Below are positions 37,232-44,807 of a stretch of DNA of 64,000 nt, piece after piece. The stretch covers positions 31,603 through 95,602 of the forward strand of contig CAWJNK010000017.1 in NCBI GenBank assembly GCA_963844205.1, in the 5' to 3' direction. The stretch is from an uncultured Solirubrobacteraceae bacterium. GTDB lineage: Bacteria; Actinomycetota; Thermoleophilia; Solirubrobacterales; Solirubrobacteraceae. The position numbers and the translations under genes are program-made. Each line of letters opens with the position of its first letter. The first letter of the stretch is position 1. The notes under the pieces were generated by a model. The model was not told where the DNA came from and made no database searches. It saw nothing but the letters and a program-made list of their open reading frames with translations.

Positions 37232-37301
37232 TGTCGCGATTCGGAAGTTCGGTGGCACCACCGGCGCCGCCGAGTGCCATCGAAATTCTGAATCGGGACA
37301 C
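37231..37301. terminator. inverted repeat between convergent genes; candidate bidirectional terminator
   Basis: GTGTCGCGATTCGGAA (37231-37246) pairs with TTCTGAATCGGGACAC (37286-37301), 14/16 complementary. An inner GGCAC/GTGCC stem is present. The arms touch both stop codons. There is no U-tract. Confidence 0.4.
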
Positions 37302-37702
37302 TAGCGCTCGGCGATCGTGCGCAGCACCGGCTTGAGGTCGACGATCGGCGTGCCGTCGATCGCCTCGAGCTCGCGGACGCGCAGCCGGGTGCCGTCGACT
37401 TCCGCGACGGTCACCCGGTGCAGCCCGATCGGGTTCGGCCGGTCTGGCGAGCGGGTGTTGAGGACGCCCTGGATCGGGTTGGCGGGGTCGCTGCGCGGAT
37501 GGACCTTGAGCACGTCTCGCCGGGCGCGGTCGAGCCAGGTGAGCACGAGCATCTCGTCGCCGGCCGCGATGCCGTCGAGCGCGTCCGCGAAATCGGGCTC
37601 GAACACGAGCCAGGCCTCCGGCGCGCCCTCGTCGCCCTGCTTGGGCGCCGCCGCCCGGTCCGCGAGCGGGGACTCGACCCTCCCGATCGCGACGAGCTCC
37701 AT
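37301..37702 (-). CDS. trmO: tRNA (t6A37-N6)-methyltransferase TrmO (TsaA/YaeB family)
   Basis: The internal ATG at 37700-37702 gives 133 aa (MELVAIGRVESP...RSPDRPNPIGLHRV...IDGTPIVDLKP). Confidence 0.8.
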   Translation of the reverse strand: MELVAIGRVESPLADRAAAPKQGDEGAPEAWLVFEPDFADALDGIAAGDEMLVLTWLDRARRDVLKVHPRSDPANPIQGVLNTRSPDRPNPIGLHRVTVAEVDGTRLRVRELEAIDGTPIVDLKPVLRTIAER

Positions 37703-37704
37703 CG

Positions 37705-38451
37705 TCACGGAGCGCCTCGCACGTAGTCGACGGCGAACTCCGGCACGTGGTCGTCGCCGGGGGCCGCCTTGGCGGGGAAGTCGAACACCGCGATCATCAT
37801 CTGCATCGGGTAGTCCGGCGCCTGGTGGACGGTCTTGACGTGCTCGCCGTCGATCAGGAAGTCCACGCGGCCGGGCCGCCAGTCGGCCGCGTACACGTGG
37901 TACTCGGCGACGTCGATCGCCACCCGCGGCGCCTCGAACCCGTCGACGAGCGCCGGATCCCGGAACGGCCTCACGCCCATGCCCACGGCCGCGGTCCCGT
38001 CCTCGAGGGCGTCCCCGAAGACCTCGAACAGGAGGATCTCCCCGCAACGGGTCGGCTCGTCCTCGAGCCCCGCCATCCACACCCCGGCCATCGAGCGCGG
38101 ACTGATGTCCATGCGCGCGCGGACCTCGAGCAGCCCGTGGTGCGGCGTCCAGCCCCACAGGGTCGGCTGGAACTCCCGCACGACCAGGCCGTCCCGGTAC
38201 GGCTGCTGCCCGACCGTGCTCCCGACCTCGCCCGAAAAGACGCCCGACTGGATGCCGGAGACCCGGAGCGGCGGCTCGTGGTCACCCGCGCACCAGAGGC
38301 CCAGCTCGGGCGGGATCGTCAGGCGGAGCTCGGAGTCGGCGAGCTCGTACGTCGCGGCGCTCTCTGCCCGCGAGCTCCAGTGCGGCAGGTAGTGCGGCAC
38401 CCACACCCCGGTGTCGAGCGCCGGGCCGTCGAAGTCGTCCGAGAAGCCCAT
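37705..38451 (-). CDS. GH16-like / concanavalin A-like glucanase-fold protein, no signal peptide
   Basis: The ATG at 38449-38451 gives 248 aa (MGFSDDFDGPALDTGVW...). The catalytic-strand position reads GEILLFE where GH16 has GEIDxxE. The stop is 2 nt from the trmO start. Confidence 0.7.
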   Translation of the reverse strand: MGFSDDFDGPALDTGVWVPHYLPHWSSRAESAATYELADSELRLTIPPELGLWCAGDHEPPLRVSGIQSGVFSGEVGSTVGQQPYRDGLVVREFQPTLWGWTPHHGLLEVRARMDISPRSMAGVWMAGLEDEPTRCGEILLFEVFGDALEDGTAAVGMGVRPFRDPALVDGFEAPRVAIDVAEYHVYAADWRPGRVDFLIDGEHVKTVHQAPDYPMQMMIAVFDFPAKAAPGDDHVPEFAVDYVRGAP

Positions 38452-38488
38452 CGCGCCCGGGATCCTTGCAGCCCTACCCTCTTTCGCC

Positions 38489-39235
38489 ATGCCCGAGCTT
38501 CCCGAGGCCGAGCGGGCTCGACGGCAGCTCGAGCGCGTGGTCGGCCGTGAGATCGTCGGCGTCGACGACGCGGACACGTACGTCTGCCGGCCGCATGCGC
38601 CCGGGGAGATGGCGGCGGCGCTCGTCGGGCACCGGCTGGTGGACACGCACCGGCGCGGCAAGTTCCTGTGGGCGGAGACCGACGGCGGGCCGCAGCTCGG
38701 GCTGCACCTCGGCATGGCCGGCAGCCTGACCGTCGACGAGGCGCCGGCACCCCGGAGTTGGGACCGGTTCGCGCTCGAGTTCGCGGACGGCGGGCGGCTC
38801 GCGCTGCGCGACAAGCGGCGACTCGGGCGCGCGGTGCTCGAGCCCGACTTCTCGCACGTCGGGCCGGACGCGGCCGAGGTCGGGCGGGAGGAGTACCGCG
38901 CGCGCGTCGGCCGTGGGACCGCGCCGCTGAAGGCGCGGCTGCTCGACCAGGGCGTGATCGCCGGCGTCGGCAACCTGCTCGCCGACGAGATCCTCTGGCG
39001 CGCCCGGCTCGGCCCCCGCCGCGTCCCGAACCAGCTCTCGACCGAGGAGCTCGACACGCTGCGCCGCTCCACCCGCGCCGCCATGCGCGACGCGATCCGC
39101 CTCGGCGGCGCGCACACCGGCCACCTCATACCCCACCGCGTCCGCGGCGGCCGCTGCCCGCGCTGCGGCACCGAGCTCGAGCGCGCGACGATCGGCGGCC
39201 GGACCACGTTCTGGTGCCCGGTGTGTCAGACGTAG
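38489..39235 (+). CDS. Fpg/Nei-family DNA glycosylase/AP lyase
   Basis: The ATG at 38489 gives the N-terminus MPELPEAE. It has an H2TH block (LLDQGVIAGVGNLLADEILW) and a C-terminal zinc finger CPRCG...GGRTTFWCPVCQ. Confidence 0.85.
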   Translation: MPELPEAERARRQLERVVGREIVGVDDADTYVCRPHAPGEMAAALVGHRLVDTHRRGKFLWAETDGGPQLGLHLGMAGSLTVDEAPAPRSWDRFALEFADGGRLALRDKRRLGRAVLEPDFSHVGPDAAEVGREEYRARVGRGTAPLKARLLDQGVIAGVGNLLADEILWRARLGPRRVPNQLSTEELDTLRRSTRAAMRDAIRLGGAHTGHLIPHRVRGGRCPRCGTELERATIGGRTTFWCPVCQT

Positions 39236-39241
39236 GTGGTT

Positions 39242-39420
39242 GAACGAACGTCAACTGCGGCTGGGTGGGGAGGTGACGAGCCCGACGGTTTCGTGAAAAT
39301 TTCGGCGGTCGGCCTCGCCCGATTCCACGAAACCCCTCGTATGCGGCGGATACGTGAAATCGGCGGGCGAGGACGGTCCGAAATTTCACGAAACCGTCGG
39401 TCCCCCGCCTCCCCTACCTG
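39242..39420. repeat. ~180-bp near-perfect palindromic (long hairpin) element, same terminal motif as 8435-8577
   Basis: The left arm is GAACGAACGTCAACTGCGGCTGGGTGGGGAGG...GACGGTTTCGTGAAAATTTCGG...; its complement on the right is ...CCGAAATTTCACGAAACCGTC...CCGCCTCCCCTACCTG. The central loop is near 39332-39350. Confidence 0.75.
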
Positions 39421-39485
39421 CGCAGTTGACGTCCGCAGTTGACGTTCGTAGTTGACGTTCGCAGTTGACGTCCGCAGTTGACGTT
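39421..39485. repeat. 13-bp tandem repeat x5 (CGCAGTTGACGTY)
   Basis: The copies are CGCAGTTGACGTC, CGCAGTTGACGTT, CGTAGTTGACGTT, CGCAGTTGACGTC and CGCAGTTGACGTT, head to tail. The unit is the reverse complement of the left terminal motif (AACGTCAACTGCG). Confidence 0.9.
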
Positions 39486-39505
39486 CGCCGGCCCGGCCGC
39501 GCCGG

Positions 39506-40672
39506 TCAGGCTTCGACCGCCTCCGCCACCGCCTCGCGCACCTCCTCGGCCGCCCGGTCGGCGTCCATGCCGGTGCCGGCGAGCAGGTCGGTGGCGGTCG
39601 AGCGCACCTGCCCGACGATCACGCTGACCGAGAGGTTCCCGGTGCCCTCGAGCACGCGGGTCGCGGTGGCGGCGGCCTGGAGCGCCGCCTCGCGGACGCG
39701 ATCGGACCGCTCGGGCCGGTCCACCGCCTCCGAGAACGCGCGCACGGCGGCCGCGAGGTCGCGGACCGCGTCGGCGATCTCGGGCGGCACGTTCTCGTCG
39801 AGCCGGACGGCCCGGATCGTCCCGCGGGCGAGCACGCGCACGTTGCGGACCGCGAGGTCAACGTGGATCCCGGCCTCGCTGTAGCGCTCGACGCGGCTCC
39901 GGAGCCGCCGCCGCGGCGGCGCGTAGCGCGTGGTCTCGCGGCTCACCTCGACCGCGTCCACGAGCTGGGCGCTCAGCTCGTCGATCCCGCGTGCGCGCAG
40001 GAGCGCCCGCTCGGCCTGGTCGCGGTCGCGCTCGAGGATCGCGACCGCGATGTCGTCGAGCGTCGCCGCCAGCTCCTCCGCCAGCGGGCGCAGCGCGCCC
40101 CGAACCATCGCCACCGGATCGGCCGGCAGCACGAGCGCGTTGACGACCAGCGCGACCGTCCCGCCCGCCAGCGCGTCGAGGAAGCGGGCGAACGTGATCC
40201 CGTCGGTCGGCGGCTGGAGCGTGGCCACCAGCGCCGCGGACACGGCGGCCTGCGTGGCCAGCATCTGCCCGCTCCCAAGGAAGATCGCGATCCCGGTGGC
40301 GAGCATGACCACGAGTGCGAGCTGCGCGGCGCCGACGCCGATCGCCAGCACGAGCATGTCCCCCACCGCGATCCCCAGCGCCACGCCGATCGCCACCTCC
40401 ACCGCGCGCCGGCCGCGCTCGGAGATCGTCAGCCCGAGCGTGATGATCGCCGACACGGGAGCGAAGAACGGGCTCTGGTGGCCGAAAACCTCGGTCGCGA
40501 TCACCCACGCGACACCGGACGCCACGCCGACCTGGAGGATCGACCGCCAAGCCAGGCGGAGGCGGCCGATCCGCGTCTGCCACGACACGCGCGAGCGCTC
40601 GGCCGCCTCCTCGATGAGCGGCGCGGCGCGGTCGCTGAGCGGGCGGGCATCGCTGTCTCGCAGGCGCGGCAT
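39506..40672 (-). CDS. FUSC/aromatic acid exporter-family membrane protein
   Basis: ATG at 40670-40672 (MPRLRDS). The N-terminal half is polytopic (ILQVGVASGVAWVIATEVF...) and the C-terminal half is a cytoplasmic helical domain. Confidence 0.7.
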   Translation of the reverse strand: MPRLRDSDARPLSDRAAPLIEEAAERSRVSWQTRIGRLRLAWRSILQVGVASGVAWVIATEVFGHQSPFFAPVSAIITLGLTISERGRRAVEVAIGVALGIAVGDMLVLAIGVGAAQLALVVMLATGIAIFLGSGQMLATQAAVSAALVATLQPPTDGITFARFLDALAGGTVALVVNALVLPADPVAMVRGALRPLAEELAATLDDIAVAILERDRDQAERALLRARGIDELSAQLVDAVEVSRETTRYAPPRRRLRSRVERYSEAGIHVDLAVRNVRVLARGTIRAVRLDENVPPEIADAVRDLAAAVRAFSEAVDRPERSDRVREAALQAAATATRVLEGTGNLSVSVIVGQVRSTATDLLAGTGMDADRAAEEVREAVAEAVEA

Positions 40673-40809
40673 TCGCGCACCTGATCCTGCCACGTCGCCC
40701 CGAGCGCCCGGCGCACGAAGCCGGCGCCCACGGGCTGCGGTGGCATTCTGAAACCAACCGGCAAGCGGCCGGCAAGCGACTCGCAAGTGCCGTCGGCGAC
40801 GGTCCGCCC

Positions 40810-42210
40810 GTGACCGACCTCTCCTGGCTCCGCCATCCGTCGGAGCGCTCACGCCTCGTCCTCGCCGTCGCCGCCAGCGTCATGCTGGGCGGCCTCGCCG
40901 TCGTCCTGTTCGCCAAGCGCCTCGAGCGCGACCAGGTGATCTGGACGATGGCGGCCGGCCCCGCCCTGCTCGCGGCCGGCTGGGTCGTCCTCCAGATCAC
41001 GCGCGCGCACCTGCTCGGCAACGCCGTCCGCGTGACCCACGAGAGCCTGCCCGAGCTCGACGACGTGATCGAGGACGTCCGCGCCCGGCTCGGCTACCAC
41101 CGCCGCGTCGACGTCTACGTGACCGACCGCGTCACCGGCCTGATGACGCTCACGAGCCTGTTCGGGACCCGGATCATCATGATCGAGGGCGACCTCGTCG
41201 CGACGCTGATCGAGCACGGCAAGCGAACCGAGCTCACGTTCCTGATCGCGCGCTTCTTCGGCGCGCTTCAGAGCCAGCGAGACCGGGTGGTGCCGCTGCG
41301 GCTCATCGTCACGCTCGCCCGCTCGATCGGCGTCGTCAACCCGCTGATCCACCCCTACGACCGCGCGGTCGTGTACTCGGGCGACCAGATCGGGCTGGCC
41401 GTGGCCGGCGACCTCGACGCCGCCCTGAACGCGCTGGACCGCCTGCTGGTCGGCGGCACGCTCGGCCCGAGCGTCCGCGACGCCGGCGTGTTCGATCAGG
41501 CTTCCCAGATCCGCAGCCGGCGGCTGCCCCGGATCGCGCAGCTCCTCCACCGCCAGCCCCACCTCGCGAACCGCTACGTGAACCTGATGGCGTTCGCCGA
41601 GCGCCACACGCCCGAGCAGCAGGCGGCCGTCGTGGCGGCGATGGGCGAAGCCGGCGCGACCCGGCTCGGCGACCTCGCCAAGCGCACGCCGCACCGCTCC
41701 TGGCACCCCGGACGCCGGCGGCTGCTGGCTCCGGCGGCGGGGGTCGTGGCCAGCGCGCTCGTGATCGCGGCCGCCGCGCTGCTGCTGCCGGTGGGCGGCG
41801 CGAGCGGGAGCGAGAAGACCGATCCCGCCCTCGCCCTGATCGACCACGTGCCGCCGTCATTCGCGGGCTCGTGCGTGCCCGGCGAGGGGGTCGAGGGGCA
41901 GCTCGCCGAGCGGCTGAGCGCCGCGTTGGTCTGCACGGCCGCCGCTCCCGCCTCGGTCGAGTACTACCAGTACGGCGACCGCCGGGCCATGGACGCCGCA
42001 TTCGACGGCCTGACGACCGGCGTCGAGGACGCCGGCTGCGGCACCGATGCCACGCACGAACGCGGCCGCTACGCCTGCTGGCGCTTCAAGGGCGCCAGCG
42101 TGATTGCGTGGACGGACGAGGAGCGGCGGATCGTCGCGCTCGCGGTCGCCCGCGGCATGCAGCCGCACGAGCTCCTGCGGTGGTGGCAGGCTGATTCAGG
42201 GCCAATCTAA
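40810..42210 (+). CDS. membrane protein, M48-peptidase-like scaffold lacking HExxH, with Cys-containing C-terminal extracytoplasmic domain
   Basis: 466 aa with two N-terminal TMs. The central region resembles the M48/HtpX layout, but the HExxH position reads LIARFFGAL. A third TM (VVASALVIAAAALLL) is followed by a 4-Cys domain. Confidence 0.55.
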   Translation: MTDLSWLRHPSERSRLVLAVAASVMLGGLAVVLFAKRLERDQVIWTMAAGPALLAAGWVVLQITRAHLLGNAVRVTHESLPELDDVIEDVRARLGYHRRVDVYVTDRVTGLMTLTSLFGTRIIMIEGDLVATLIEHGKRTELTFLIARFFGALQSQRDRVVPLRLIVTLARSIGVVNPLIHPYDRAVVYSGDQIGLAVAGDLDAALNALDRLLVGGTLGPSVRDAGVFDQASQIRSRRLPRIAQLLHRQPHLANRYVNLMAFAERHTPEQQAAVVAAMGEAGATRLGDLAKRTPHRSWHPGRRRLLAPAAGVVASALVIAAAALLLPVGGASGSEKTDPALALIDHVPPSFAGSCVPGEGVEGQLAERLSAALVCTAAAPASVEYYQYGDRRAMDAAFDGLTTGVEDAGCGTDATHERGRYACWRFKGASVIAWTDEERRIVALAVARGMQPHELLRWWQADSGPI

Positions 42211-42371
42211 GGCTCAAGTCGAACCTTAGCTTCGCGAAGTGGGGCGCAGACCCCAGGCCCACGGCTCAAGACAGCCCCCTCGGATGCCGAACTCTTGAGC
42301 GTCGGGCTTCCTCTGTCCTCCCCCGTGACAGCGATCTTCCTCCACTTCCCGCGCGTGTGCGCGCCGTGCTC

Positions 42372-44807
42372 ATGATGCGCCGCATCTTGGGCATCGGCCT
42401 TGCCGTGGCCGCCATGTACGCCGCCGTGCTCGGCGTCGCGGCTCCGGCCCAGGCGCCTACGCCGGAGCCGACGGTCGCGGCGACGCCGGATCCGATCACG
42501 ACGCCGGCGCCCACGGCGTCGGCGGCACCGGTGGAGACCGCGACGGCCACGCCCGCCGCCACGGCCACCGAGACCGCCACGCCCACGCCCTTCCCCTCCC
42601 CCGTGGAGACTACGGTCGCCACGCCGGACCCCACGGCCGCCGCCGCCCCTACCGAGACGGCGACCCCCACGGCCACGGCCACGCCCGCGAACGGCGCGAG
42701 CTCCGAGCGCAAGAAGCGCCGGGCCAACTCGCAGGCCGGAACCGGCGACGTCGAGAAGTGCGCCGGCCAGGCCGGCAAGACCTCACCCTCAAGTGCAGGT
42801 CGAGATTGCGGCATCGAGGTCGACGATCGTGACGATTCGCACGATGACGGTGAGCAGCATCGTCTGACCCCGGCCCCCCGCCTCGCGAACCCGGACGGCT
42901 CACCCGCCCCCTCGAACCCGAGCTACTCGCTGGCCACCCTCGGCCCGGCTCGGGTCGGCGTCCCGAACTTCTTCATCGACAAGTTCCGGATCCCGCCGTT
43001 CCTGCTCCCGATCTACCAGGCCGCCGGCATGCAGTACGGCGTGCGCTGGGAGATCCTCGCCGCGATCAACGAGATCGAGACCGACTACGGCCGCAACCTG
43101 AACATCTCCTCGGCCGGCGCCCTGGGCTGGATGCAGTTCATGCCCGCCACGTGGGACGCCTACGGCGTCGACGCCAACCGCGACGGCGAGAAGGACCCGT
43201 TCAACCCCGTGGATGCGATCTTCGCCGCCGCCCGCTACCTCAACGCCGCGGGCGCCGAGACCGACATCCGCCGCGCCGTGTTCGCCTACAACCACGCGGA
43301 CTGGTACGTGGACTCGGTGCTGATGCGCGCCCAGGTCATCGGCGGCCTGCCGAGCGACCTCGTCGGCTCGCTCACCGGCCTCACCCAGGGCCGCTTCCCG
43401 ATCCACGCCAAGTCCACCTACGCCGGCCAGCTCACCAAGAAGGGCAACCGCGTCAAGACCGGCAACGCCGCCATGCCCGTCGAGTCCGACGCGGCCCGGC
43501 GCGGGATCAAGGTCTTCTCCCGCCGCCGCGCGCCGGTGATCGCGGTCAACGACGGTCGCGTCGTCAAGCTGGGCCAGAACAAGCGCCTGGGCCGCTTCGT
43601 GATGCTCCAGGACGTCTACGGCAACACGTACACGTACGCCCACCTCGGCGAGATCTCGCGCAGCTATCCGGCGCCGAAGGCGCGCTCGCTCCGCCGCGAC
43701 AAGCGTGGCAAGCACACCCGCGACGCCGCCCCGAAGGCGGCCGCGTCGAAGACCCGCCTGGCGGCGAAGACGAAGGCGCCGATCCCGGCGCCCGAGGCGG
43801 CCCCGCTGCCCGTCAAGGAGCGCCTCTTCGCCCACCCGACGCGCCCCGCGGCCCGCCTCGCCGGCGGCAGCGTCCAGCTCGCCGACCCCGGCACCGAGGC
43901 GACCCAGCGCGCTCCGCTCGGCTTCGACCCGCGCGACTTCACGCCCAAGCGGCTCAAGAAGGGCTCCCGCGTCATCGGCGGCACGATCCTGGGCCGCCTC
44001 GGCGTCCCGACCGCCAAGACCGCGCCGTACCTGAAGTTCGAGATCCGCCCCGCCGGTCGCGGCGCGCCGCGGATCGACCCGAAGCCGATCCTCGACGGCT
44101 GGAAGCTGCTGGAGTCGACCGCGGTCTACCGCGCCAAGGGCAAGAACCCGTTCTTCGGCGCCGACGCCGCCGACCCGAGCATCGGCCAGCTCCTGCTGCT
44201 CAGCAAGGAGCAGCTCGTGCGGCGCGTGCTCGCCGATCCGCGGATCGAGGTCTACGGCTGCGGCCAGGGCGACGTCCGCAGCGGCCAGATCGACCGCCGC
44301 GTGCTCGCCACGATGCTCTACCTCGCCGCGTCCGGCCTCAAGCCGACCATCACGTCGCTCAAGTGCGGCCATGGCTACCTCACGGCCTCCGGCAACGTCT
44401 CCGAGCACTCGACCGGCACGGCGATGGACATCGGCGCCATCAACGGCATCGTCATCACGCCGGCGACCCAGGGCCCGGGTTCGATCACGGATCTCACGAT
44501 CCAGCGCCTGCTCAAGCTCCAGGGCACGATGAAGCCGCACCAGATCATCTCGCTGATGACGTTCGACGGCGCCGACAACACGTTCGCCATGGGCGACCAC
44601 GACGACCACATCCACGTCGGCTGGCGGCCGCTCTACGGTGAGAACCGCCGCGCGGCCCGGCAGATCGACGCCGTGCTCCAGCCGGAGCAGTGGATCAAGC
44701 TCATCGACCGCCTCGGCGACATCGACAACCCGACGGTGCGCGAGCAGCCGTCGCGGTTCTCGATCAAGGTCGTCAAGCGCGCGTCGCGGGCTCACCGCGC
44801 CGAGTAG
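42372..44807 (+). CDS. secreted multidomain peptidoglycan hydrolase: lytic transglycosylase + degenerate LytM(M23) + LAS/M15-type domain
   Basis: ORF 42357..44807; the ATG at 42372 gives the signal peptide MMRRILGIGLAVAAMYAAVLGVAAPAQA. A Thr/Pro/Ala linker follows. The SLT block is INEIETDYG...GALGWMQFMPATW...DAIFAAARYL. The M23-like block is VIAVNDGRVVKLG...YTYAHLG...YLKFEIRP. The C-terminal block is SEHSTGTAMDI...DHDDHIHVGW. Confidence 0.8.
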   Translation: MMRRILGIGLAVAAMYAAVLGVAAPAQAPTPEPTVAATPDPITTPAPTASAAPVETATATPAATATETATPTPFPSPVETTVATPDPTAAAAPTETATPTATATPANGASSERKKRRANSQAGTGDVEKCAGQAGKTSPSSAGRDCGIEVDDRDDSHDDGEQHRLTPAPRLANPDGSPAPSNPSYSLATLGPARVGVPNFFIDKFRIPPFLLPIYQAAGMQYGVRWEILAAINEIETDYGRNLNISSAGALGWMQFMPATWDAYGVDANRDGEKDPFNPVDAIFAAARYLNAAGAETDIRRAVFAYNHADWYVDSVLMRAQVIGGLPSDLVGSLTGLTQGRFPIHAKSTYAGQLTKKGNRVKTGNAAMPVESDAARRGIKVFSRRRAPVIAVNDGRVVKLGQNKRLGRFVMLQDVYGNTYTYAHLGEISRSYPAPKARSLRRDKRGKHTRDAAPKAAASKTRLAAKTKAPIPAPEAAPLPVKERLFAHPTRPAARLAGGSVQLADPGTEATQRAPLGFDPRDFTPKRLKKGSRVIGGTILGRLGVPTAKTAPYLKFEIRPAGRGAPRIDPKPILDGWKLLESTAVYRAKGKNPFFGADAADPSIGQLLLLSKEQLVRRVLADPRIEVYGCGQGDVRSGQIDRRVLATMLYLAASGLKPTITSLKCGHGYLTASGNVSEHSTGTAMDIGAINGIVITPATQGPGSITDLTIQRLLKLQGTMKPHQIISLMTFDGADNTFAMGDHDDHIHVGWRPLYGENRRAARQIDAVLQPEQWIKLIDRLGDIDNPTVREQPSRFSIKVVKRASRAHRAE

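Noticed and set aside
39421-39485. Possible CRISPR array
   Set aside because: The 13-bp units are directly abutting with no spacers. The units are far shorter than CRISPR repeats, and there are no cas genes in the window.
42211-42356. ydaO-type c-di-AMP riboswitch upstream of the wall hydrolase
   Set aside because: The context is suggestive, but I could not find the conserved cores I remember (GGGGACCCA, ACCCGAAUCC, AGCUAACCUCGUAAGCG) on either strand. Only loose resemblances are present. It is kept as an unclassified structured leader.
42266-42814. 182-aa minus-strand ORF antisense to the hydrolase N-terminus
   Set aside because: It is the mirror image of the Thr/Pro/Ala-rich linker (it reads as a GVAVA repeat), so it is an artefact of the low-complexity region.
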